Virus record (IMG/VR): IMGVR_UViG_3300021959_009735
Location: 1-60,533 of that record
From: a virus
Lineage: Duplodnaviria; Caudoviricetes
Length of the DNA: 60,533 nucleotides
Strand: one strand, 5' to 3'
Part shown: piece after piece, positions 9,331 through 19,514 of the stretch
How the letters are laid out: every line of letters begins with the position of its first letter
Numbering within the stretch: the stretch's first letter is position 1
Notes under the pieces: generated by a model
The model's database searches: none
Seen by the model: the letters and a program-made list of their open reading frames with translations, nothing else
What the model was told of the DNA's origin: nothing
Translations under genes and position numbers: made by a program

Positions 9331-10211
9331 TAGTTTCTATTTACGGTGAGGAAGTTCATCATTGCTCTTTGAGACTGTTCAGCATACTGCTTAAACACTT
9401 CATCGTCTCTTGTTGCGGATGTACCTACTCTCTTGTTTGGGTGTTTGTAGTTATGTCCTTTCAGTATTGATTTCACACATAGCTGAGAAATACCTTTTGA
9501 TCTGAAGAATTCTTGTGCACAAGTATCTTCTCTGACAAAATGCATATCTTCTGGAATGAAAGGATGAGGTAAGTCTCCGGAAAGACATAGAAGAGATCCA
9601 TCTACCTTCAACGGTACTTGTTGGATAGTGATTTCTCTACCTTCATTAAATTTATCTAATTCGTCTTGAGTAATCAAGTCTTTATACTTCCACGGAGCGT
9701 CTAAAAGTTCTATGCAGTCAGCTCGATGGTTATCTTCTGGGCATTGGCATGGTTTTGAATACCCTTGAAGCGCTTCATGAGTAACTACATCCCAGCTGTT
9801 ATCCCACATTGGGCGGGAGGCAAATGAAAGTACATGGGGTACATCTACATTAATCATCTCTAGAATTCTAAAGAACTCTCTTGGCATGATCGTATCTGTT
9901 TCACCCCACACATTATATTTAGCATCAGGATAGTACTCGTCTCTTCTCCAATCAGCTATATTGTAGAACGGATGAGCATCGTTCTTTTCAATAAATTCTA
10001 TCCTGGAGTAAAGGGGGTGGTTAACCAGCTCCCTAAGCGGATCGTTATGATCAAATCTATAATCGTATTTTTCTAAATAAGTCTGCCTGTTGAGGCAAAC
10101 TCTCAGTCGAACTTCTTCCTGAGCTAACTCTAGAGCATTCTGTACCGAGTTCAGACATTCGTTAATCATCTGATACTCGTACCACATAATATGTAGATTG
10201 TATATGGTCAC
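9330..10211 (-). CDS. putative GT-A fold glycosyltransferase
   Basis: WGETDT (ExD) and REDT motifs; context. Confidence 0.55.
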   Translation of the reverse strand: MTIYNLHIMWYEYQMINECLNSVQNALELAQEEVRLRVCLNRQTYLEKYDYRFDHNDPLRELVNHPLYSRIEFIEKNDAHPFYNIADWRRDEYYPDAKYNVWGETDTIMPREFFRILEMINVDVPHVLSFASRPMWDNSWDVVTHEALQGYSKPCQCPEDNHRADCIELLDAPWKYKDLITQDELDKFNEGREITIQQVPLKVDGSLLCLSGDLPHPFIPEDMHFVREDTCAQEFFRSKGISQLCVKSILKGHNYKHPNKRVGTSATRDDEVFKQYAEQSQRAMMNFLTVNRN

Positions 10212-11008
10212 AAATCTTCTAGAGCTATACGTTCAAATCTAACATCGGCCGGATTAGTATCAGATAAGATACGAACATTAATTTCATTTTCCAAGAACCA
10301 GTCGTACATTTCTTTTGTACAATCAATTGTGTTCTTCAACTCCTCGTACTCAGGACCTCCTCCTACATCTACTTTGTAGAGAGAAGTTGCATGTTGATCT
10401 ATCCAATTTTCGTCAACAGCCATTCTATCCTCAGAAGGATACTTTGAAAGGTCTCCGATGTCCCATCCGATCGTTACAATGTCTTTACATCCAAGATGCA
10501 TTGCAAGAGGAAATCCAGTCTCATACATGATGCCTGGTCCCCACACTGCCTTACCCTGTTCATAGAGCTTCCAGTTATCAAAATTACGAGAGAAGGATGT
10601 ACTCTGCTGCTTTGTAATCCAGGGGGTAGAGTAAACTGGGATAGCTAAGTTCATCTGATGATTCCAGTTTTTAATTCTTTCCAGCTCATTAGGCATGTTC
10701 ATTGCCGTTAGCTGCCAATGAATGATTGTGTCTTGAGAATAGTATTCGTATGGCTGGTAGTTATAGACGGAGATCAGATGGAAGTCGGCTACTTCTTTAA
10801 CATAATCGTAAGCTTGTTTACAAGTAATAACTAACTTACCGTCAAGCTTATCAAGCAGAGCTTGCCTATCGTGCGTAGTGAGGCTAGGTCCACATGTCAC
10901 CAAATAAGCTGTCTCGCCTCTATAGGCGTCTTTAAGTAACTTTATCCTTTCTAACGACTCTTCGACCGTTGTAATAAGTGTCTTAATCTTCCTGGTTTGC
11001 GAATTCAT
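10208..11008 (-). CDS. Maf/DUF115-like putative nonulosonate transferase
   Basis: AYLVTCGPSL and LGCKDIVTIGWD motifs; adjacent to NeuA; start reassigned to MNSQ. Confidence 0.7.
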   Translation of the reverse strand: MNSQTRKIKTLITTVEESLERIKLLKDAYRGETAYLVTCGPSLTTHDRQALLDKLDGKLVITCKQAYDYVKEVADFHLISVYNYQPYEYYSQDTIIHWQLTAMNMPNELERIKNWNHQMNLAIPVYSTPWITKQQSTSFSRNFDNWKLYEQGKAVWGPGIMYETGFPLAMHLGCKDIVTIGWDIGDLSKYPSEDRMAVDENWIDQHATSLYKVDVGGGPEYEELKNTIDCTKEMYDWFLENEINVRILSDTNPADVRFERIALEDL

Positions 11009-11678
11009 AGTATAGTTTTTCTGTAACCTTAAACTGCCAGGGTTCATCAATATCGAACGCTTCCAACTCAGGAACGTCAAATAGCTTAATTCCACCTGGT
11101 TCTTCAAACACACCCATAAACATATGCTCAGCGATTAAGTCTCGCCTAGAAGCATATAAACAGTGTGCTGCTTCAAAAGTAGGTTCTACTGCCTTTGTAT
11201 TCATTATCGTCTGTCCTTCTGGCCAAGGAGTGACTAAAGCACCGTTCATATTCCAATAGTAATTATGCTTTTTAATTACTCCAAATAAATTTTCTTCCTT
11301 CTGAAAGACGAACTGTTTAACAAATCGTTCAATCGTATCAATCTTAAGCAGAGGATTGCATCCAGAAATCAGAACTACATAGTCATGAGGGAGAAACTTG
11401 TGCCATTCGTATATAGTCCTTATGTCGTTATCATTATTAGCAGATTCATAAGACCTATGGTAAATTCTTACATCTTTTCCTGCTGCTATGTTTCTTAGCT
11501 CTTCTTCATGTACTGATGCGTAAATGTTACCGTTTGGGATTGCCTCACATTGAACAAGTTTATCTAAAACTAAATCAAACAGAGTAGTACCTGCGAAAGG
11601 TCTAACCATTTTACGAGGTACTCTTTCACTATTAAGTCTACTTTGAACAATAAAAGCAATATCTTTTATATTTTTCAT
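10983..11678 (-). CDS. neuA: CMP-nonulosonate (acylneuraminate) cytidylyltransferase
   Basis: SRLNSERVPRKMVRPF, CNPLL, FDIDEPWQF. Confidence 0.88.
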   Translation of the reverse strand: MKNIKDIAFIVQSRLNSERVPRKMVRPFAGTTLFDLVLDKLVQCEAIPNGNIYASVHEEELRNIAAGKDVRIYHRSYESANNDNDIRTIYEWHKFLPHDYVVLISGCNPLLKIDTIERFVKQFVFQKEENLFGVIKKHNYYWNMNGALVTPWPEGQTIMNTKAVEPTFEAAHCLYASRRDLIAEHMFMGVFEEPGGIKLFDVPELEAFDIDEPWQFKVTEKLYYEFANQED

Positions 11679-11750
11679 CTAATTAAAGTCTAGTTAAACT
11701 GCGGTAAAACTATCAACCAGAACTACATACATAAATAGAGTAAGGTCTAT

Positions 11751-12470
11751 CTACATTTTAATTAGTTCTTTCACTCTAGGTTCTAATGGAAATCTCTTTA
11801 GACTTATTTCTGTACCTATATTGTAGTCGAACCCTTCTCCTAAGTTCTGAAGAGTTCTGGTGTCTTGGTCTAGTTCGGCTAAAAATTCAAAAGCAGAGCA
11901 GAATACATTTCTATACGAATCAAAAGTTCCTTCATAAGTTCTTCTGGTATCAGTTGGTTTTAAGCCGGGATGTTTAGTAAAGGCATGTATGTTAGTAAAT
12001 TCTCTATTGAAACCATCTAGTCCAGAAAAATAAATTTTTTGAGCTTTGGCTATTACTCCAAGTACAATAAGTCTAAGAGCTGCTCCAGCTTTTTGAGCTA
12101 CACTGTACTCTTTATACGGAATAGGAATATCGGAAGCATACACAGGGTTGTTTAATTTAGAGGTAAAGTCTACGAATTCCTTACTAGCTTGTTTACCTCT
12201 ATAGTATACCGGTTCGTAAAAGGTAAATGTATTATCGGTATTTAGCTTGTTTACTAGGGTATCGTTATCTAAAGGTGTATTATGTCCTAGCATGTAAACT
12301 CCTATTGGTACATCTAACAAGCGCTGCTCCATAAAAAAGTCATTACAGGTCCATATAGAGTCTACCTCAAGATTCTCCCACCTAACATCTAGAGTAGACG
12401 TACCTCCTCCTAGAACTAAAATTTTCTTCCCTATAAAATCTTTCTCAAAATTAAGTATATTACTGCCCAT
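11751..12470 (-). CDS. sialyltransferase-like protein (Cst/Maf-like)
   Basis: ILVLGGGTS, WTCNDFF, KIYFSGLDGF. Confidence 0.6.
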   Translation of the reverse strand: MGSNILNFEKDFIGKKILVLGGGTSTLDVRWENLEVDSIWTCNDFFMEQRLLDVPIGVYMLGHNTPLDNDTLVNKLNTDNTFTFYEPVYYRGKQASKEFVDFTSKLNNPVYASDIPIPYKEYSVAQKAGAALRLIVLGVIAKAQKIYFSGLDGFNREFTNIHAFTKHPGLKPTDTRRTYEGTFDSYRNVFCSAFEFLAELDQDTRTLQNLGEGFDYNIGTEISLKRFPLEPRVKELIKM

Positions 12471-12478
12471 GTAGTTCT

Positions 12479-13192
12479 TTACTTCGATTCCATTATAGCC
12501 AGTAGAGCAGGTGCCTGTATCCCTCCTCTTATATCTAAGATATGAAAATGATCTTTAAACAACAACTCAAGAGACTTTTTGGTAAAATAGTGAAAATGTC
12601 CGTCAAAGTTGTCATCAGGGTTTCTTAATGCCCTGTTGATGGGAACTTCTATGATAAGGTATTTGCCGGTTACTTTGTGGGCTTTTACTGGGAATTCTTT
12701 TACGTTCTCAACATGCTCTAAGACATGCCAAGATGTAACTACATCGTATTTCTTCGGCAAGTCCATATGGGTAAAAGCTCCGTGGTAGGTCACATACCCA
12801 TCTTTCTTTAAATTGTCCACACACAGGTCACTTATTTCAGTTGCTTCTAACTCATCTATTCTACCTCGTAACTTGTTAAGAAATGTTCCGCCTCCGGCGC
12901 CTACATCAAGTAAGCTTTTACATTCTTGCAAGTAAGGTTCAATAGCCGCTACTCTCTTGTTACAGATTTCATTTCTACGTTCATGAAACTTGTTAGTAAA
13001 TCTACCCTCTTTAACTTCTCCTCCTCCTCGGCTACCTTCGTTGGACCCTTTACGATATAGTTCTTTATGGTAAAGTAGCCCATCGCCAGTGTAGTTAAGA
13101 AAAACATGTCCACATTCGTTACATTTGTAAGTCTTGTGTTTAATTAGTGGATTGTTACTCGAGTTACAAATCAAACAGTTTTTTTGAGACAT
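12479..13192 (-). CDS. class I SAM methyltransferase with N-terminal Zn ribbon
   Basis: CLIC..CNECG, LLDVGAGGG, WHVLEHV, IEVP. Confidence 0.88.
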   Translation of the reverse strand: MSQKNCLICNSSNNPLIKHKTYKCNECGHVFLNYTGDGLLYHKELYRKGSNEGSRGGGEVKEGRFTNKFHERRNEICNKRVAAIEPYLQECKSLLDVGAGGGTFLNKLRGRIDELEATEISDLCVDNLKKDGYVTYHGAFTHMDLPKKYDVVTSWHVLEHVENVKEFPVKAHKVTGKYLIIEVPINRALRNPDDNFDGHFHYFTKKSLELLFKDHFHILDIRGGIQAPALLAIMESK

Positions 13193-14247
13193 TCTTTTAT
13201 AAATTTATTAGATTGCTGATACCAGGAAGGGAGGTTTGTTTCTCTTAGATTATACCATTTACGAGCAAGCTCAGAATTCTTTTCTGTCAACAAGTAAATT
13301 TTTCGATCTAATTCTTCTCTCCAATTCTCTTCTCTTATATCTATGTTGTATTCTTCATACCCGTTCAGAATAGAAAAATCCAAAACTTTATCTTGAGTGC
13401 TTAAATAGATGCCGGGTATGTTCAAGCCTATAGACATAAGCTGACCGTGTCCTCTCATGGCTACAATATAATCTATTTTTTTATAGTTTTCTATAAATCT
13501 ATCTAGATTATCTGTTTTTTTGTATATGTCGAATTCTTGAGGAGAGCATATACTATTGAGCTTAAAGCTCTGAGCATCTCTTATTGTGTGGGGAAATGTA
13601 AGTCTTCCTATGCTTAGATTTTTGACAGTTTCTAAATTGTTATCATTTAAAAACCTATTATCGTTTATGTACTTACCAACGTTGATCGCTGGCTGAAATC
13701 CACCGGTGATTAGTTCTTCTTTCTCTGGAATGTTAAACCTGTCGAGAAACAATAGTCCGGGATCGGGTATAATAGGTACTTTAGAGACATCTAATCCTAC
13801 CCAGTCCCTCATCTTTTCGTATGATCCGTCATTACGTACGCTAAATCCGGAGCTGTAGTCTATAGTTTCTTGAATAGCCTTGACAGCTTCTTCCCCATAC
13901 CCGGTGTTACCGCGAAATACATTCAAACCTACTCCATGAAAAAATACCGGGACAGGGCAAGCTTCTAGTATTTCTCTATTAAAAGGAAGTTTGTAGTTAG
14001 TACCTTGGCCGTGGTAATCTTCTATTAAACCTCCTCCTCCAACTAAAACAGCATCTACTTTTCCGGAAAGGGATGAGAAAAATTTCTTACAGTATGCTAC
14101 ATCATTTTTTCTGGCCCAAAAACTTTCTATGTTTTTCTGTGACCATTCAATGTTGGGTACGATCTCATTCCAACTTCTTCTAGCATTGACTAGTGCTATA
14201 CTGTCTCCTATATTACGATCATATACTCCCAGGTGAAGAATTCTCAT
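13171..14247 (-). CDS. polysaccharide pyruvyltransferase family protein
   Basis: NIGDSI, VGGGGLI, SVRND, IPDPG, AMRGHG. Confidence 0.85.
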   Translation of the reverse strand: MRILHLGVYDRNIGDSIALVNARRSWNEIVPNIEWSQKNIESFWARKNDVAYCKKFFSSLSGKVDAVLVGGGGLIEDYHGQGTNYKLPFNREILEACPVPVFFHGVGLNVFRGNTGYGEEAVKAIQETIDYSSGFSVRNDGSYEKMRDWVGLDVSKVPIIPDPGLLFLDRFNIPEKEELITGGFQPAINVGKYINDNRFLNDNNLETVKNLSIGRLTFPHTIRDAQSFKLNSICSPQEFDIYKKTDNLDRFIENYKKIDYIVAMRGHGQLMSIGLNIPGIYLSTQDKVLDFSILNGYEEYNIDIREENWREELDRKIYLLTEKNSELARKWYNLRETNLPSWYQQSNKFIKECLKKTV

Positions 14248-14249
14248 AA

Positions 14250-15125
14250 CTACCCCCTCAGCTTTTTCCTTACTGGCAGTTCTGATTCTGTTACTTTAAT
14301 TTCTCCGTCTCCTAATGCTAGTTCAAGTTCTCTAACTCCTTTTACTAGCTTAATCAGTCCTTGAGGTTCGACCGATGATAAGTGATCACTTCCCCACATC
14401 GTACGGTCCAATGTGATATGCCTTTCGAGAATAGTGGCTCCCAAATAGACTGCTGCAACTGTTGTACCAAGTCTAAACTCATGACCAGAGTACCCTACCT
14501 CACATTTATAACGGTCTGCCAAGGTCATGATAGCCGCTAGGTTTAGCTCTTCAATTGGAGCTGGGTAGGTTGAGTTAGTGTGTAGCAGTGCATAAGAGGT
14601 AAGCTCTACTCCCTGGTCAAATCTGTACTTGTTCAGAACCTCTACAGCATGATCGATCTCCTCTACCGTGCTCATGCCGGTACTAAGAATTACTGTCTTA
14701 CCCTCTGCCCTTGCCGATGCCTTTAGTAGCTCATCATTGGTGAGCATAGCAGAAGGAATCTTAATAAACGGAATATCGTACTGTAGAAGAAACTCCAGCG
14801 AATCTAAATCCCAGGGTGAAGCCGACCATGCAATACCTTTTTCCTTACAGTAGCCATCGATTTCATCATACTCTTCTTTGCCGAATTCTACTCGGTACTT
14901 GTACTCCAGATAGGTCATTTCCCCCCAAGGAGTATCTCGCATTACGTTTTTCTGGTGCTCGGGTACGCAGACGTCTGGGTTTCTTTTCTGAAATTTTACT
15001 GCATTACATCCCGATAGAGCAGCAATGTCAATTAGCCGTTTAGCAATATCTAAATCGCCGTTGTGGTTGATGCCGATCTCGGCAATAATGTAAGTACCCT
15101 TCACTTCTTTTCCGTTGATGTACAT
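14250..15125 (-). CDS. neuB: NeuB-family nonulosonate (NeuAc/KDN) synthase, short form lacking the SAF domain
   Basis: IIAEIGINHNGD, AVKFQKR, LSTGMS, GYSGHE, ERHITLDRTMWGSDH. Confidence 0.95.
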   Translation of the reverse strand: MYINGKEVKGTYIIAEIGINHNGDLDIAKRLIDIAALSGCNAVKFQKRNPDVCVPEHQKNVMRDTPWGEMTYLEYKYRVEFGKEEYDEIDGYCKEKGIAWSASPWDLDSLEFLLQYDIPFIKIPSAMLTNDELLKASARAEGKTVILSTGMSTVEEIDHAVEVLNKYRFDQGVELTSYALLHTNSTYPAPIEELNLAAIMTLADRYKCEVGYSGHEFRLGTTVAAVYLGATILERHITLDRTMWGSDHLSSVEPQGLIKLVKGVRELELALGDGEIKVTESELPVRKKLRG

Positions 15126-15493
15126 TATAGTTCTTCGATTCGTTTAGCTTTATCGTCGATTACTAGATCAAAATGGGGCTTTGGATTAGGAGATGTTCCA
15201 GTAATAAGTTCATGAAACTTAGCTCCCCAACGGTAGAGTTGTTCTCTAGTATGTTCTGTATAATCTACTTTAGATACAGCACCTCTAGCGGTCCAGTATA
15301 CAATTCTCCACCCTTCATCGTATAGTTTATTAATCTTATTAATGTTTTGATAGTTAGGCTCTGATAGATCATATCTACGGTCGCCTGAGTAGAAGCAGAT
15401 AGTCTCATCGATATCTACTAAGGCTGTTCTAACTTCACCTGGATCGGAGAATCTTTTAGCGGTCTTGAATTCTAAATCTTTAGAGGCTGTCAT
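15125..15493 (-). CDS. HAD-superfamily phosphatase (capsule-biosynthesis type)
   Basis: DIDETIC, YWTARG, KP..IDDKA. Confidence 0.85.
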   Translation of the reverse strand: MTASKDLEFKTAKRFSDPGEVRTALVDIDETICFYSGDRRYDLSEPNYQNINKINKLYDEGWRIVYWTARGAVSKVDYTEHTREQLYRWGAKFHELITGTSPNPKPHFDLVIDDKAKRIEEL

Positions 15494-16115
15494 ATAATTT
15501 ATTCTGCTTTTCTTGACGTTCTATAGTCTTAGGATGCCTTAGGGAATAATCTTCTACTGCCGGTAACTGAGCTGTTGTTTTAAATCCTGTAATACGTTCA
15601 TGTACCTTTCCGGTCCATTCAATACCTTCTCTGTTCCGGTAAATACGTCCTTGCCAGTCTGGCCAATTGATAAATCCAAACTCATTGACGTGCCATCTCC
15701 ATTTTGCAATATGCTCATCTGTAATTCCTTCTACTGTATTTACTCGAGGTACCCAGTAAAGATCTACTTCTTGATTCATTTCTAATAGAGAAGGAAGCAT
15801 TACCATTAAGCTTGGTGATACTTTCTCGTCAGCATCTATCTGAAAGATATAATCTTTAGAGCAGTATGCATTAAGTTTATTCTTCCATTGGGCAAAATCG
15901 CCATCGAAGAACCCTCTCCAGATATGAAAGTTAGGAAATTTATTTAAGGGTTGCAACTCCTCAAAGAGTTCTTCATCTCCGTTTTTAAGATCAAAGAGTA
16001 CAACTATCTCATCGTGAGGTCTTTTATTTTCTCTTAAGAACCCAACCAGGCTTCTTATCTCTTCTCTCTCGTTGCAGACTGTTATCGCAAACGATATGGA
16101 AGGTGCCTTGCTCAT
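15480..16115 (-). CDS. glycosyltransferase family 2
   Basis: AITVCNE, FQIDADE, VHERI. Confidence 0.88.
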   Translation of the reverse strand: MSKAPSISFAITVCNEREEIRSLVGFLRENKRPHDEIVVLFDLKNGDEELFEELQPLNKFPNFHIWRGFFDGDFAQWKNKLNAYCSKDYIFQIDADEKVSPSLMVMLPSLLEMNQEVDLYWVPRVNTVEGITDEHIAKWRWHVNEFGFINWPDWQGRIYRNREGIEWTGKVHERITGFKTTAQLPAVEDYSLRHPKTIERQEKQNKLYDSL

Positions 16116-16549
16116 AATACAAAAAATTCAATTACATCCAAAGCATCCATAAAACTATACTGGTCAAAATACTGGATATTTTTCATATCCATCTTATGCG
16201 TCTGTTCCTCTGGGAACTTGGTTTTATCTTCTTCTAAAATTGGAACAGCTTTTGCGGCTGCCCATCTCCAGGCATTGGCATCTGTACCGTCCAAAAAAAC
16301 CATTCCCTTCTCTGGGACTGTCATTGTTGCCGGGTACCATACTTTAGTTTCTTCGTCTACAAACTTTAAGTCTTTGTAAAGTTCTGGCAGGTCCTCGGCA
16401 GTATTCTTAGCTAAGTCGCTTCCTTCTACCATGAGAGTAGAGGTGGAGAAGCCGCATGTAAAGCACATCCACGTCTTTGTAGTTTGATCAATCTCTTGCT
16501 GATAGCAGGCATTGCTACCGCATCTTGCACAATCGGTTAACTTATCCAT
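16112..16549 (-). CDS. Zn-ribbon hypothetical protein
   Basis: CARCGSNAC..CFTCG. Confidence 0.7.
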   Translation of the reverse strand: MDKLTDCARCGSNACYQQEIDQTTKTWMCFTCGFSTSTLMVEGSDLAKNTAEDLPELYKDLKFVDEETKVWYPATMTVPEKGMVFLDGTDANAWRWAAAKAVPILEEDKTKFPEEQTHKMDMKNIQYFDQYSFMDALDVIEFFVL

Positions 16550-17832
16550 TAATCTAATTTTTCTAGTTTTGGAAGCTGAAGGGATGGTAATTTGAGCTCA
16601 ATCTGCTTTGGAAACTCAGGAAGCTTTTCATCAAGTAGAATTCCAATCTCTTCCTTCATTGCCTGCAGGGAAAACTTTTTACTATTCTGTCTACCTAGAA
16701 TGTGAGAGCTCTTGAGGTAGTCTTTATACTTCTTAGCAACCTGTTTATAAACTGTACCAACCTGCGCATCGTCAGGCCTAAACCATTTAGCTTCTTTAAG
16801 GATAAGGTTGGGTAAGGTAGCTGTTGTATGAACATTATCTAATGTGCCTCCTACGAGAATACTAAGATCCGAGGGAAGAAAATCTAGATGTCCTGACCAT
16901 CCGGAGGCGATAACTGGCTTACCTGTAGCAACCCCGAACTCAAGTAAAGGTCTACCAAATCCTTCTCCCTTGGTAAAGCTTACAAGAGCTTTAATTTTAC
17001 GATGGTTATACAGCTGGTTTATTTCCTCATCGTAAAGCTCGCCATGGAGTAGGTATACGTTAGGTAGATTTCCCTTAACCGATCGTTTTATCTCTTCAAT
17101 CTTATTTAATACTGATTCTTGATCCTGAATTGAGCTACCTCCTTTTTGTACTTTAAGTAACAAGGCAGGAGCATTACGTCTGTTTTTGAAAGTTTCTAAA
17201 AACGTCTTAAGAGTATATCCAATATTTTTTCTATCTTCTCCTACTTTTCCCTGCATCCAGTGACCTATTACAAGGTAAACGAAATTCTCTTTTATTGAAG
17301 TAAGATCAAAAGATTTTTCATCCATTTTAAGCTGTCGGTACTTTGTAAGATCAACTCCCTCAAAAATAACAGCGGTATCCGTAGCAAGTTTAAATTCTTT
17401 TACGACCTGATCTGTTCTTTTATCTTTCTGCTCAAATGCACTATTTTTAAGAACTTCTATAGAATGCTTGCTAGAACCGATTATTAAGTCCATTCTATTA
17501 CAGCCTTCGAGCCAAGATGGATCGCATAAAGTAGTTTCTATACCAGCAGTTAATCCAATATTATACTTTCCAACAGGTTGAAATTCGTTAGGTACAGTAT
17601 GCTGTATCCATACATCTGGCACGGCGGTAAGGTTAGGTACTATAAGAGAGGCTAGTTGATGTTCCTCATGATCTTTTAAGTACCCAAATCTGGTGTTTCC
17701 CCATCTCTGAGAGAGGATCTGAATATCAAATCTATCCAGAGCAATAAGTGCTTTAATAAAATCTCTGGCTCTTGCTCCATACCCGCTGTAGGTATCTACC
17801 GGGCAAGAGATTGCTAACGTATTTTTACTCAT
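16549..17832 (-). CDS. GT-B glycosyltransferase (GT4-like)
   Basis: SGYG, RKNIG, GEGFGRPLLE, WSGHLDF. Confidence 0.88.
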   Translation of the reverse strand: MSKNTLAISCPVDTYSGYGARARDFIKALIALDRFDIQILSQRWGNTRFGYLKDHEEHQLASLIVPNLTAVPDVWIQHTVPNEFQPVGKYNIGLTAGIETTLCDPSWLEGCNRMDLIIGSSKHSIEVLKNSAFEQKDKRTDQVVKEFKLATDTAVIFEGVDLTKYRQLKMDEKSFDLTSIKENFVYLVIGHWMQGKVGEDRKNIGYTLKTFLETFKNRRNAPALLLKVQKGGSSIQDQESVLNKIEEIKRSVKGNLPNVYLLHGELYDEEINQLYNHRKIKALVSFTKGEGFGRPLLEFGVATGKPVIASGWSGHLDFLPSDLSILVGGTLDNVHTTATLPNLILKEAKWFRPDDAQVGTVYKQVAKKYKDYLKSSHILGRQNSKKFSLQAMKEEIGILLDEKLPEFPKQIELKLPSLQLPKLEKLD

Positions 17833-19288
17833 AACTATAGGTGTAGTCGATCAATTTGTGCTTAACATAGTTTACAGGACGAGGTCCGGTTTCAATGAGC
17901 TCATAAGAGTTTCTTGGAGTAAAGTTCTCGAACGCTTTGTCACAGCATTCAATTACCCTGTTAGCCATATTTTGAGCAGACATGTTTGACTCCTTTGATA
18001 GAACCCATTCTCTCCCTTTCAGACCCCTGCGCTCTCTTTCTTCCGGTCCTAATTCATATACCCATTTAAGGGCTGCTGCAACGTCTTCGGGCGAACATCT
18101 GTCGTCGTAGATGTACGGAGTAGCAGGAGATCCAGCAATACTAAGATTTGACGGAAATACTGCTGCTGCCCATTCGCCGCATTTGGTAAACGTTCTTCTA
18201 TGATTAGATGGGAAGTTAGCATCGAAGTCAATCCACTTTCCGTTATTATCTTCAAAGCGAGCCTGATCCTGCATACCGCCTGTAACGTTGAGAAGAATCA
18301 TCTTACCGGCCATCATAGACTCTGTAAGAGACAGTCCCCAGCCTTCATTTGACGAAATCAACATCGTAACATCTGCCACGTTATATAAAAGATTCATCTG
18401 AGCTGTCTGAAGAGGATCAGCAGAGAAGTATACGTTTACGTAGCTTGGATCACATAATGCTTCTTTTACTGCGTGAAGATCGGTTCCGTTATTATCCGAA
18501 GGTTGAGTATGCATAATGAGAGCACACTTCTTAGCCTTCTCTTCTCCAATCATATCGCAGAACATACGATAAGAGAGAACCACATCGGCAGGACGTTTGC
18601 GGTGAATGTTCCGAGAGTTCCAAAAAACTACAAAATCAATCTCTTTTCCTTTAAATAAGTCTTTTTTAAAGTCTTTGAACTTATCGAACGCTTCGTAATT
18701 CTCGTCGATCGGAAAGAAAAAATCTTCGTTGATTCCGTGAGGAACATATTCAATGATCTTATCCTCGGCATAGTCTCCTAAAACTAATTCATTAATGTTT
18801 TTAGTTTGCTTGGAGATAGCCATCAAAAGATCTACCGAACGATAGTACCCTCTATTATAAAGTGGTGATGGATAATCATCCCAAATGTTTAGGTAGAAGA
18901 TTGGAATCTTAGTTCTAATCTCTCTTTCCATGTCGAAGAGCCAGGACCAGTAGCGAGGGTCTGTAAAGATTAGAATCGCATCCGGCTTCTCTTCCTTGAG
19001 AAGCTTGCGAACCAACATAGAATCCCCATACCCGGTGTTGCCAAGAACTTTAACGGACGCGTCATTTATACCAGTAATATTGTTTACTTCGTCGGAAATG
19101 TCAAATCCTTTGCCGTGATCTGGATGCTTTACGGCACCTCCAACGTTTAGCCAGTTAAAGTGGTGGGCAGATCCTACCACAATCTCTCTAGCCATAGTTG
19201 CGACTCCGGAATGCATCCGAATATCATCGCATAGAAGCAGAATCTTTTTTCTATCCTTCTGCTCTAGATAGCGAAACTTATCTTTCAT
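17825..19288 (-). CDS. GT-B glycosyltransferase (GT4-like)
   Basis: HSGVA, VPHGI, RNIHRKR, NEGWGLSLTESM. Confidence 0.88.
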   Translation of the reverse strand: MKDKFRYLEQKDRKKILLLCDDIRMHSGVATMAREIVVGSAHHFNWLNVGGAVKHPDHGKGFDISDEVNNITGINDASVKVLGNTGYGDSMLVRKLLKEEKPDAILIFTDPRYWSWLFDMEREIRTKIPIFYLNIWDDYPSPLYNRGYYRSVDLLMAISKQTKNINELVLGDYAEDKIIEYVPHGINEDFFFPIDENYEAFDKFKDFKKDLFKGKEIDFVVFWNSRNIHRKRPADVVLSYRMFCDMIGEEKAKKCALIMHTQPSDNNGTDLHAVKEALCDPSYVNVYFSADPLQTAQMNLLYNVADVTMLISSNEGWGLSLTESMMAGKMILLNVTGGMQDQARFEDNNGKWIDFDANFPSNHRRTFTKCGEWAAAVFPSNLSIAGSPATPYIYDDRCSPEDVAAALKWVYELGPEERERRGLKGREWVLSKESNMSAQNMANRVIECCDKAFENFTPRNSYELIETGPRPVNYVKHKLIDYTYSYE

Positions 19289-19293
19289 GTAAC

Positions 19294-19476
19294 TTAGTCT
19301 ATTGTGATATCAATTTGATCATGTAGAAGCCTTCTATACTCTTCATCGGTAAGGTACAGAAATAAACTTCTATCAGCCAATTTTTGAAATGTGAATTTTC
19401 TCTTCACACATTCGACTTTAAATTTTTCAAAAAGGTCTTTTTCAACCTTTACGCTTGTCAACTTTTTACTATTCAT
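19294..19476 (-). CDS. ribbon-helix-helix-type DNA-binding protein
   Basis: LTSVKV beta-strand followed by two helices; two TATTTATA motifs upstream (19484-19491, 19497-19504). Confidence 0.6.
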   Translation of the reverse strand: MNSKKLTSVKVEKDLFEKFKVECVKRKFTFQKLADRSLFLYLTDEEYRRLLHDQIDITID

Positions 19477-19514
19477 AACAATATATAAATATATATTATA
19501 AATAGCCACTAGGC

